DNA of 64,000 bases. Origin: Chlorokybus atmophyticus (Eukaryota > Plantae > Mesostigma and Chlorokybus algae). The notes beneath the pieces were generated by a model, which saw nothing but the letters and a program-made list of their open reading frames with translations, was not told where the DNA came from and did no database searches. Shown in pieces: positions 26,434 to 38,400 of this stretch (position 1 is its first letter; every line of letters starts with the position of its first letter). The DNA is taken from assembly GCA_009103225.1 (NCBI GenBank), contig RHPI01000638.1, positions 310,001 through 374,000 on the forward strand, in the 5' to 3' direction. Made by a program: the position numbers and the translations under genes.

Positions 26434-29400
26434 CTGCACAGTACGGAGGTGTAATTGTGGTTATAGGAGTGCATGGGTGTGCGTTCGTGTCAATGTCTGT
26501 GCACGTGACCCTAACAAGCAGTGGACCCTACCGCAGAATGTACAGAAGCATGCGCTGTCACAAACCACGATAAAGGCGCAAACCCGTTTATAGGCGGCGC
26601 AGTCTTAACAACAAACCACTGCGCTCATGGTATGAGACCTTGCGTTGTGTTAGGGACGCCTATACCACGACACGCTAGATGACAGACTGGACACCACTGG
26701 CACAACACTCAACATGCGCACCGCCATATCACGTGTGCTTCGAGAAGCGCACATGTCTGTTGCTACAAGCAGAAGCACTGCGTCTGCTTGTAGCAACACA
26801 CCTTTCCTTGCCAAATTTGAACAGTTGTTGGCACAGTAAGTAGCAGCAATGGCATGCGCGCTTGAGCTTGCAGCCGCACTGTCTGGTTGCTTGCGCTGCT
26901 CAGCACAGGCAAAACACTGTCAGTCACACTGTGAGAGGGCTGGCTACTACAATCTGAAAACCACTGCCAGAAGACATTAACAGCCGCGCAAACAATCACC
27001 ATAGAAGCACACATACGTCATGCACGCCACACCAAACAAGCCAGTCAATTTAGCAGCGGCGGGGCAACCGCAAGCAGCAACCCACCAGCAAAGCGAGCTT
27101 GAAGCTGCGGCGCTTTAGAGCAGGAGGGGCCTTGCAGAAGGGGGCCACCGCTCAGCTAGGCTCCCCCACAAAGCGCAAATCTTCCAGGGTTTCACCTAGC
27201 CGCTCCACCGCCTGCTTGTCGTCCGCTCCTAAGCACACAGTATACCCACCCTCAGCCCAGAGACCGTCGTCGATAACTTGCCGCTGTTGTGGATATCGAC
27301 ACACAGCCACACTGCGCTGCGCTGCTTGGCATCCGTTTGTCAGAATACCGGCGCCGGCATCTACGGTGCAAAATCCCTTGTGCTTATTGAAATTAAATTG
27401 ACATTGCTTTGAGCATACGTACCTACGTACCTTCTTGGCTGACGACGCATACCGCTGGCACTTGAGACCGGCTTGCTTTTGCTGAGACAGCCTCTGCAGG
27501 CGGAAAGCACAGCAGCGAAAGCCGCGGGCGGGAAGTATTAAGCAGGCCAGGCCTGTGGCCGTCGATGAAGCATCTTCTGTGGTGGCTTTTCTTGGGGAAC
27601 ACTTTCAATGCACGCGTCTTGCATCGTCGTACTAACTGTGCACCTTCTGTGATGCATGGAGATCAGGGTGCCGCAGAGCGTTGGTATTGTGTTAATAACG
27701 CAAAGTAGTAAATGAGTAGCAGGTATGTGTCAGTCTCGCGTCAGCTGGGTTTGCGCGGCTGAAACGTTACTGACATGACCAGTTGCTTGAGGTGCTCATG
27801 TATATTACGTTTTACTTATCACCCCGCGGACAACCATCATACCGTCCACTATGACGTGGACGCTGCTAAGGGACGCCTTCGCAACTGTCCGATCAGGATA
27901 TTACGTCGTCACAAAATGCCGCGCGTGACCTCATTAATATGCCTATAGTACAACACGTATATCACTATAGGTGTAGATACATAAACATACTCAACATAGC
28001 ATTGAGCACCATAGCCATGCTAATTATAATGGTAATACCATTTAGGATTTATCCACTTTTGTTATACAGGGCCCTATGGGCGCGCGACATGGTTACCGAG
28101 ATAAGCCGGTCGGCGCCCGATAAGGTCAAGGGCAATTTTGGCTGGAGGGGCGGCGACCGACGACGCGACTTATCTTCCTGAGCGGACAGGCCGCCGGGCA
28201 AATGGCGTACGGCACCTGTCATTTCCGCGCCTGCGGCCTGTCCTCTCTTCCGATGATACACCACAAACCAGCCGTGAACTATCATCGTATGCGGCTGCAA
28301 GGGCGGCTAGCAGAATCGTACACGTTGGATTGGACATTGTCTTGCCGGCATTCCTGCTACGTAACTCAGTGAACAATCAGGCAGGGTCAACACGACATCA
28401 ATTAATGATCAGATTTAACAACAGCACCTATTCAAACACAGGTAAAGCCACATATAGCCAGCTGAATCGCACGGCCAGCTCAACTGGAGAATGAACTTAT
28501 CTCATAAGCCTTTCGTCTGTTGGTGGGTGTTATAACGCAGTGCGCAACGCTATCTTAAGGCTCGCTATCTGTCCCAAGTCGTGATGCGGCATCGGTGACA
28601 TGTCCATCGCGTTGCAGTGCGCGCTTGCTTTCTATATTCACACTGGCATACATGGATGTTTCATCTTTGGATGTGCTTCACTACGCTGAACAGTAATCTG
28701 GTCTATGGCTAGCAGAAGTCTGGTCCGCTAGAGTACACTAGCTTATGAACAGACTATTCTGGACCTTGTCTATATATGAACTTTAGGTACCCTAATCGTG
28801 GGACTAGGGTCGAACACGACCCTAGTCCATAGCGGGTAGGTGTACATTATATATTATACTGATCTGATGTAAACCTACCCACTATTTAATTTTTATGCAA
28901 TTAGGCTTATAACCAGATAAAAGGCAGACTGCATCAGAGTGTGCAGCAACAACCATGACTAGGTGATAAACACAAAAAAGATAATAGATAAGGACTCGAG
29001 TTAATCTAGTCCAACATTGAGGTGTTGAACAAATGTGATAGATGAGAACAAGAGTGTCTATTGACAACTACATGCTGAGCAGCCAAGGCAACAGACCAAG
29101 ACCAGAGTATATATGGTTTAACATTGAGGTGTTGGGCAGACTTTATAGACATGAATCAGAGTTTTCATAGCGGCTAAATCAAGCCAGCAATGCTATGTAG
29201 TCTACTCCGCAGACTACGTCGTGTTCATATTTCGAGCTAACTACACAGTTGAAGTAGATGTCTGCTTGACGACCAGCAGCGCCCCCTTAGGAGACCAGCC
29301 CATATAGTCACCCGCACAAGCCTTCTCCATATCAGAACGATAAGCAACAGCAACAACCTTAACAAACCATGTGATACACACAACTCCGTGTGCCGAGTGC

Positions 29401-31469
29401 ACACGTGCGGTATGCAGTCTGTGCACTGAGTTGTGCAACCAAGCCAAGTAGCCACAAGCTTACCAACAACCACGACATATAACACACATACCACTAGCTA
29501 GCGGTTGCAAGGAACAGTGTGAGCGCGCGCACGCACTAAGCCAAGTTCGACACCAACCTGGTTACAAGCACAATGAGTAATAATAGCCAACAACAACAAT
29601 ATTGAGATATTCTTGTATCCGGTCAGCTTGCCTTGTGGACAAGAATAGCCGCGAGAAGCTTCAAACGCGAGAAGGTGCCAGTCGAGGACTTCAGTCGAGA
29701 AGATTCTAGGCACGGAGTCGAGTCCGCAGTCTGGAGACTTTCAGGCGCTGTAAAACAAACGTTGCTCGGTGGTTACATCATTGTATGGCGCGTATCATAA
29801 TGTGTTGGAAAGCTCTTTTAAGTAGCTACGTGGTGCAACTTAGCGCGCAAGAATCGGTTGAGTGTAGAAGTCGTGGTGACCTCTAGAGTAGACCGGTGCA
29901 GAACTGGCGGGTATCAAAGCCCGCGGTGTGACTTGGTTGTGATCCTTAGAAGCCTTTTTGCACTAGCCTTGTGTATGCTCTGGTAGCGTGTGTGTGCTTG
30001 CAATCTAGTCCAACATTGAGGTGTTGAACAAATGTGATAGATGAGAACAAAAGTGTCTATTGACAACTATGACTACATGCTGAGCAGCCAAGGCAACAGA
30101 CCAAGACCAGAGTATATACACACGGAATTTTTCCACGGACCAGCCCTGGTTCGCATGTACGGACCAGGGCCAAAACGCCAGGGCGGCTTGGGGCCCGGAC
30201 CAGGGTCGCCCGCCTTGGTCCGAACGCGGGGACCAAGCCTGGTCAAAAAATGCGGGTTTGTCACGCTTGGTCCGGGACCAGGACCAGGCTGGTCCCGGTC
30301 AGAATTCGGTATGAATTGGACCAGTAATGGTTCGTTGTAAGGACCATCACTGGTCCGAGTCTTGATACAGATTATAGCATCCATTGTCCTTACCATGGCT
30401 GGTGCGCGTCTATGGATACAGTGTCGTTGAACTTGGAACCATGTGGTCTGGCTGGCAGTTTTGTGGTACAATCCAGCCGGTTGCAACCGGACCAGCTGTA
30501 TGAGCTGACGGCAGCGGCTGAATTGCTGTAATTTAACTGTGCTCTGGCGGCTGACTGCAGTCAGCCGCAGCTGCAATTGAGCCGCCGCTGACCGCAGTTG
30601 GGCCGCCGCTGCTGGTGGTCTGACGGGTGACCTGATGCTCCATACCAAGAGCTCCAGGCCACGCCGCTGGCCTGGTCATGCTGGCCTGGTGGCGGCCAGC
30701 ATGCGCAGACCAGCGGCGTCACCAGGCCATAGCTGTGGCTGTCGCTGCCCCCGCCAACTACCACCAGGCCACAAACACGTGCATGTCAGCCAGGCCAGCT
30801 GTTCATGGCCTAATGCCTCGCAAGCCCACAAGGCCAACAAACAACGCCCCTCCCTCCCCTCCCCCTGCTCAGCTCGAGTGATGCATGTTGGCTGATGTGC
30901 GCCGCTGCCTGCACGTAAGTGCCACATTTGTGGTGCGTTCATGCGTGTGCATGAGTGTGGCTTTGATTGTGTGGGCAATTGTAACTATTAAAAGTGATGT
31001 GTGGATGCGCATGCGTGTGTGTGGGTTGCTGTTCTTAGACAGGCAGGATAGGACAAACATGTGCACGTGCATGCACACATGCACACATAAGTAATAATGC
31101 TCACTGAGCTGACTGAGTCTTTCACAACGCATGCACGCACACTCATGCACATGCGCACACACGCACCCATCGTACCTTAAGGTGGTGGATGGCGAGAGAG
31201 GTAGTGCTTACGAACAAAGCCGTGCACACCCTAAACTCTTATTATTTCTTTCCTCTACTGCGGGGGTTGCTGCTTGCCAGCTTGGGAGGCAGTCCGCGCT
31301 CCTGCACGTGCGCGTGCGCACATATGTGCGCACATGCTTGTATGCGTACCAGTGTGCGCGTGTGTGCAAGGAGGAAAAGAGTGCGTGCATGTGTGTGTAC
31401 ACGCAAGAACAACTCACGACTCTGTTGTTCACGCATAGCATACGCACTGAACTGTCGCATAGGATGCCA

Positions 31470-31587
31470 TGACCAGTGCCGCTTATAAGACTCTCATAGG
31501 CTGTACAGGCGGGCTCATAGACCGCACTGGCAAGCGGCCCATGAAACAGTGCCGCCTATATAATCTGTCTCATAGGCGGCGCTGGAT

Positions 31588-31642
<55 letters not shown>

Positions 31643-33860
31643 CTTACTTGTTAAGGCGATGAGCGTGCGTGCGTGCGTGCGTGGTTGTGCAAGAGCCTGC
31701 CTGTGTGTGTCCGTGTGTGCTTGCTTGCGCATGCATGTGCGTGTGGGCATTGGTCAGTGCCATCCTCACTCTCAACCTTTCCGAGCTAAGCAGGCCTACC
31801 TGGAAGTTGAGCGGCAAGGTCTTCGCCAGAAGAAATCCCTGTCATCCTCACCAGCATTGCCCAGCGGTTGTTGCCAGCTGCAGCGGCTTCTCTGCAAGCA
31901 TGTAGGGCAAGTTGATGGTCGCGGTATCATGCTCCTTGGCATGTCGTGGGATGCGCATTGTCTGCATGAAGGCCTGACAGTGGGGCGGGGGCAGTCTGCA
32001 TGCCTGCGCGTGTGCGTGTGCGTGTGCGTTGCACAAGAAGGAAGACGGGGGAGGGGGGGGGGGGCAGCTGTTTCAATGCATAGCGTACATGCCGGACTGG
32101 CGCATAGGCCGCACTGGTCAGTGCGGTCTACGAGCCAGCCTACAGAAACTGCCTCATAGGCACTGGTCAGTGCCTATGAGGCTGGCTCATAGGCACTGAT
32201 CAGTGCCTATCATAGGCTGCGCTATTATAGCGTGTAGTCCAACAAATGTGTGCACTCACGCACACACAATTGCGCACTCATGCGCCTGACCCACACACTA
32301 TTTGCACGTACGCACACTCGTGTGCACACACATCGCACCTTAATGATGGCGGAGGGCACGGAGCTGGGGCGAGTAGTGCGTACGCAGAGTTGTGCACAGT
32401 GAGAATCTAGTCAGTGCGGTCTATGAGCCAGCGATACCCAATGAGCCAGCCTTATAGCCAACAAGTGTGTGTGCACGTGCATACGTGTGTGACAAAGAGT
32501 GCTTGTTTGCCTGTCTGGATATTGCGGTCCATGAACTGCATTTTAAGTGTGCGTGCAAATTTACACATAAGCAATGTCAGAACACACATGCACACACGCA
32601 CAAGCGCTTGCACACCTTGAAGCTGGAGAGCACGGGCAGCTGTATTCAGGTGGTGCTTGTGTATGCAGAGCCGCGTAGCCCAAACTTCTCTCGCTTCTAA
32701 GCAGCGGGTGCTTGCCAGCTTGGGCGGTCCGCGAATTTGCACGTGTGCTTGCACGTGAGCGCATGAATGTGCGCGCGCATGCATGCATATATGTGTGTGC
32801 GTGTGCGCATGTTCAACAAGCAAAGGGGTGGCGGGGGGGACACCTGCATGCATAGTGTACGTGTATATGCAGAAGTGCTGCTCATAGGTCGCACTGTTCA
32901 GTGCAGCCTATCAGCCAGCCTACAGCAGCTGGCTCACAGGCCGCACCGGATAGTGCGGCCTATGAGCCAGTTGCTTTAAGCCTGTGAACCCAAAATTGAC
33001 CGTGTGTCTACGAGAATATGTACGCGTGCCATGAAAGCACATCTGTACTTGCACGCGTGCGTAAGTGCATGCCCTTGCGCATGCATATGCACGCACATAT
33101 TCTTCCTCCCCCCCCCCCCCCCCCCCNNNNNNNNNNNNNNNNNNNNNCCCCCCCCCCCCCCCCCTCTCGTCCTCTTCCCCTTCCCTCCCCGTATTATTCC
33201 GCTCACCTTGAGGTCGCAGGTACCTACTGCAGCGCCCCCTAGTTCTGCGCCCTGAGCAGCAGCAGTGAACCGCCCCACCAACAGTGACGCCCTGGGTCAC
33301 ATGTGCAGTGACTGTTCTAGACACATGTGCACGGTGGTATGTGCGAGTAGTGATGACGAAGGTGCACCGCACTTGTCTGCAAGCGCACGCACTGTGTGAC
33401 ACACATACACATACGCGCAAGGATATGCGCACGCACGCGCACTCTTGCAAGTATGTGGGTGTACCCCATGCACACGTACACACGTTCTCACCCTCACGGC
33501 ACTTCAGAGCATGCATTGCGCAATGCATGCATGGCTGCCAGCTCAGCATCTACGGAGCAACGGCTGCTTGATGGCGCCATCCACGCCTCCTCCATCGAGC
33601 ACCTTCCGGTTGGCAGCATTTGACTGGCCTGCACAAGCAAGTGAGCTTGCCATAGCAACCATGCGAAGTGCCTTTGTCTGAAACTGTTGCACAATGCTGT
33701 GCAGTCTGCGGGCGTCTATGGGCTGCTAGACAGCCGCTCCATGGGTTCTAGAATCCACTGACCAGGCATCGCTGGCTCATAGGCACTGGTTAGTGCAGTC
33801 TATGAGCCCGCCTATCACTGTCTCATATGCTGCACTAGTCGGTGCCGCCTATAAGACGGT
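31470..33860. repeat. Five clusters of palindromic cataggc(cg)cactg-cagtgc(gg)cctatg motifs
   Basis: Clusters at ~31480-31580, 32100-32220, 32405-32460, 32880-32970 and 33720-33860. Confidence 0.75.
33300..33635 (-). pseudogene. Captured macrodomain (MacroD/YmdB-type ADP-ribose hydrolase) fragment, decayed
   Basis: The minus strand gives (V)NAANRKVLDGGGVDGAI at ~33575-33625, then LRNACSEVP (~33495-33520) and VRC..VIT..HVSRTV (~33310-33370). This order matches NxAN...GGGxDGAIH...LxxAC.EVP...VRC...IT...VIHTV. Confidence 0.62.
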
Positions 33861-35689
33861 GTAAAACTACAAGCTGATCATGACAGATGTTTGTACGTGC
33901 ATGCGTGCATGAGACAGAGTAAGACAGAGCAAGAGAATGCATGCATCTACTCAGCAAGCTGCATGCTTGTGCAAGCATGCAATTGGCCGTGACACAGAAA
34001 AAAGCTGACTAGCTTACAAGCAATACGCTTTGCACGCCTTGCCTACCAATAACTAGAACCATGGTAATCACATGCAATGATTGTGTGCGTACCATGCTCT
34101 TAGCACTGCAACATCTGACAGAGGCAAGACAGATCACGTACTGCACTATCTAGCACAAAGCCATCAACGATATACAAAGCAACGCAAGTGCAGCAACAAA
34201 TTTAATAGACTGATGGTGCTATGGTGAGCTGAGCGAGCTATCGCTGCATGACACGCATGGGTTCGTAATGCCACATGAGATGATCAGCGGTTAACGTGCG
34301 ATAACAATGCTAGGAGCAATGATGCCTCAGAGCCTGCGGCTGTAGCTGCTGCAGCCGCCGACGCTGTAGCAACCCAGCTGTACTACAACTGTAGCAGCTG
34401 CGGCGGCTGTTGCTATGGCGGCTGTTGTTGGACTTACTGTTGTGCAGGTACAGCAGAAGTATTCACAAGCACAACCACCATCATATCTACGACAAGCATG
34501 TCTATGGCAACAACGACAATTGACAACGGTAGCAGGAGCCGCTGCAACCGTGGCAGCTGTTTTAGTTACACTGGCGACCACGCGATTCAAGCTTACAGCA
34601 AGCAAAGCAACGATGCACCGAAAAGAACTAACACCAACACCTTCCCATAGCCAGCCTACCTCCAGCACCGCCCCCTCCGGCGCTGCCTCCAGCGCTTGCA
34701 GCATAAGCGACGCAAGCAGTGCCTCAGTACGACCCAGCGACTAGGGTTTCAGCACGGGATAAGGACAGTGTCGTACTTACCGCTCTGCTGACGTGTGCGA
34801 AGTTGCATCCCGCTGTCACAGACGACGCGTGCGTGCCAGGCCTGGTGCTCACTCTGTCTGCGTACAAACTTGGTTCTCGGAACCAATACATGTTCGTACC
34901 AGTGCTGCTCCGGTCGGCAGGTCGCGCGGGGCGAGCTCAGCCTTGGTTGGTTTCAACACTTTAACCGCGTGCTGCACCAGTGCTTCACTGGTTCATTGGC
35001 CGCGGGACACGCGACCGGCCCTGGTTCAGTTCATCGGACCATGCCGTCCGGCTCCGGGCCGAACCACCACCCTTTGTGGTCCGATTACGCTGGACCAGTG
35101 GTGGCACTGGTACGCCACAGCGTACCAGACGTGGTCTACTGGCCGCGTACGACTGGTCCGCGCGGAAAAACCCCTGTGTTGTGCTTGCACCAACTCCATG
35201 CATGATTAGTAGTGTCCAAATCTTTATAAACAACAACAACAACCATGCATGCATGCTCCCAACGCCAACATAAGCAAGCAACCAGCCATACAAGGTTGCC
35301 AACAACCACAAAATAAGAACATCGAAAACATAAAGACAGGCATGCTGGGAACAGTGTGAGGAGCGCACGCGTCAACACAAGTTTTACAGTTAGTGACAGT
35401 AGCAGACATTGACGACAACACGCGCAGAGCTAACCCAAGCCAAGTAGCCAGCTTAAAAAAAACTTGCCAACAGCTACAACAAGTAGCAATACATACCATA
35501 AACTATGTCGCAAAATGTTTCCCCTGCCGGCCGATTAAATATCGGCAATGGCCGTGTACCTAAAAATACTTATTTAGACTGTCATGGCTTAGTCCACCTG
35601 TAATCTTAATACAAGAACCTAAGTACAAGTTCCGTTACTATAAGGCCCTTCCCGTTACAATTTAGTTTTTAACAGTTTACTATGCCTAA

Positions 35690-36020
35690 TTAACAAACAC
35701 CTGTCAGTTATTTGTCAAGCCTTAACAGGTGACTAATTCCAATTTACAAGCACCTGTAAGTTGCCTATCAGGCCTTAACATGTGACTAGACCTAATTAAT
35801 GGCACCTATAAATTACATAGTAGGCCTTAACAGGTGCCTATATCTAATCAACGGGCACCTGTAAGTTACACATCAGTCCGTAACAGGTGACTACACCCAA
35901 TTAACAGGCACTTGCATATTACACATCAGTTCAAATTATGTGACTCGGCCCATGTAACAGGCATCGCAAGTTACACACCAATCCACTACAGGCGATTGAG
36001 CCTGATTCACAAGCATCAAC
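35690..36020. repeat. Subterminal tandem array, ~6 diverged copies of a ~52-bp unit
   Basis: Units such as ccttaacaggtgactaattccaatttacaagcacctgtaagttgcctatcagg start at ~35721, 35773, 35825, 35878 and 35931. Confidence 0.85.
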
Positions 36021-36384
36021 TAGGTAATTGTTAATAAGATAAGGCATTCTTCAGGCAACCAAAGGTAACTGATGCCCAATTGTCGCTATATGAATTTACA
36101 TAGCATGACTACTCGCAACTGTCACTGACTGCCAGCATTGTTATGTGCATGTGCTGTGTACAGGTATCTGAGGTGTGCACAGTGTCTCTCAGTCACTTGC
36201 CAAGGCTTGTAGATCAATTATGTGACTTGAATGCCTGCAGTTTATTGTTGTATATTATAGGGATGCAAGTTTTGACAGCATGAGCATAATGACAATTGAC
36301 CGAGCTGCTTTAGTATGCACAACATTAAGCCACACGAGCCTTACAGCTGTGTACACTACCAGCTAAACGGACTACCAACTGCGC

Positions 36385-38400
36385 TACAGCTCCTCACCAT
36401 CATCGCCTTGCACGTCATCATGGAACAAAGCATCACGCGCTTCGGAATGTAGAGGAGACGCCGGAGCTTGCTCTTCCTCCTCCTCAAACGGTTGCGCAAG
36501 TCAATCAAATGCCGCTTCTGCCTCAGCGAGCGGGTCACAAGCTGCTGTCTTTTGCGGCCGGCGCCGATTGCAATCTTTCAGGTATCTTACACAAAATGCA
36601 GTGCGGCATTTCACAAAAGTGAATGGCTTGAGGGCGACGTACCGTTGCCTGATTTGCCGTATCATTGACATCATCATGTAGTGTTGATTTCGCTAAAGTA
36701 CTCTTCATGTGTGTTGATGCTGGCAGCTAGGAGAGGGACTCCATGCTTGCCCATTAGGATGCGCTCCACCTGCGTAGTTTACAGGCATGTCTTAATGGCA
36801 TTGAAAGCCACTATTCACTGCAGCGCGTGTGCCTATAAGTTGGGGCTACAACATTCCAGAATTGCTAGTGATTCCGTTTAGAGTGCTCACCGTAAGCAAC
36901 AGGTATGCGAGATGCTTGACTGTCAACTGTCGGCGACCAGGTGTAGTGACGGCGTAAGACCAGCATTGCGCGATCATTTGCCAAATTATGGGATTGCCCC
37001 ATTCATAAATGTATCTCTTCCGCTCTGGGTCCGTGTTGACGGTCACCTCAAATTTTTGCCATACCTTGTCAGCGAGAGTCATACTAATAAGGCATTGGTT
37101 ACGATATAGATAGTTTAAACTTAAGTGTGAGCCTACACTAGGCTAGGCTAGTGCTTGTGACTCAATGTGGAGCGCGTTGCGCATCTAGGCTCTTTGAGTC
37201 TTAGGGTTCATTGAGGCGTCAATGTGCCTGATTGAATCGGTTACAATAGGCGAGATGCGTACCTGTGTATGGAGGCTAAGTAAGAAGGCAGTGTCGCATA
37301 GCAGGCATGGTGGCGGACCCAACTCATTTGCGCTTGTTGCTGTTAAACAGTGTCCACTTGTACTCTTTGTCAAAGACATGCTTGATCTTCGTGATGTTTG
37401 CAAACCGGACCTGCGTAGTTTTCTTCAAGGCGACACTCCAATGGAAGGGGCACTCTTTAGGCGTCCAGTACACCGCATAGAACTCGACCGCATCAGCCTC
37501 GTTGTCATGGTCGAAGCCAACTACCTGTTACGGGGAGGTTAGTCAGTGTCACGGTGCAGTGAGGTCATGAAGCATTCACAGCACCTGACACGTGACGTTA
37601 CGCATAGTGTCCTCCTTGGGATAAACGTGACTCTTTACCTCGATGGCCGTTTGTGATTTCAACGACGGCATCTTGCAAATGGTGTTCACAAAAGACCCAT
37701 TCAATACACACAGTGTCACAGTGTCACACAGTCACATACTGCTTACCTGGTTGCCAATCTTCCACTTGCTTGGGGAATGGTTGCCGAGGCCGAGGTTGCT
37801 ACGTCACGGCCAAGTGCGTTTGGGTTGGGGTTTCAGTCAACCCTCTGTAAGCACAACCACGTGAGTCATGCTGCCAGCCATGCAAGATGTAACCCTCACA
37901 GTTGAGCAAGAAGCAACGTGCGTAGTATGTCCAGAACACATGCAGTGAGTCACTGTGCCATCATAAAAAAAGCAAGCATCAAAGTTTGAAGTTAAGCAAG
38001 AAGCAAAGTGCACAGTGCATATAGAACGCATGCATTGTAGCTTGCCCTTGAAGCTGCGGTGTCAGGTGGAGTTGTTATATTGGGCTGGGCGTTAGCGCGG
38101 GGTCTTGCTGCGATGGGTTGGCCAAGAGTGGCTGCTGTTGGTTGGCGATAGTTGCCTGGTTGAATACTGGGGGCAATGCGGACTTGGGGCGCCGACCTCC
38201 ACGACGAGGTGCACCTATAGATGGACCACGAGGCATCTCTCTAACTGATAGTCGGGTGCCGCCTGTTTAGCTAATGGTGGTGCTACCACATCCAACGCTG
38301 CCGCCGTCAGTGGGGCCGCCCAAATGCATGAGGCGCGAAAAACAAAAATGAACCGATTTTGAATGTGTCGGGTCCCGCATTCAAGTCGCACTTGTAGTGC
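36385..38400 (-). pseudogene. Decayed multi-exon cargo gene of unknown function
   Basis: Exon-like segments bounded by cag|...|gt read VVGFDHDNEADAVEFYAVYWTPKECPFHW..., ...WQKFEVTVNTDPERKRYIYEWGNP..., VERILMGKHGVP... and an acidic tail; internal stops are present. Confidence 0.35.

Larger units (their letters stand above)
30119..35178. mobile_element. CACTA/EnSpm-like non-autonomous DNA transposon (5.06 kb)
   Basis: Imperfect TIR CACACGGAATTTTTCCACGGACCAG versus the reverse complement CACAGGGGTTTTTCCGCGCGGACCAG. Dense GGACCAG/CTGGTCC subterminal repeats occur in both orientations at 30135-30360 and 34985-35160. No transposase and no clean TSD were found. Confidence 0.72.
29603..35218. mobile_element. 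Possible solo LTR (~440 bp: 29603-~30001 plus 35179-35218), interrupted by later insertions
   Basis: Absent from unit 1 and inserted in a (CAA)n tract. It has TG...CA ends and an imperfect 5-bp TSD aatat (29598-29602)/aatct (35219-35223). Confidence 0.4.

Noticed and set aside
35690-36020. CRISPR-like appearance of the 52-bp array, and of the 93-bp array at 49058-49340
   Set aside because: These are whole-unit tandem repeats without unique spacers, no cas genes are present, and the context is eukaryotic.
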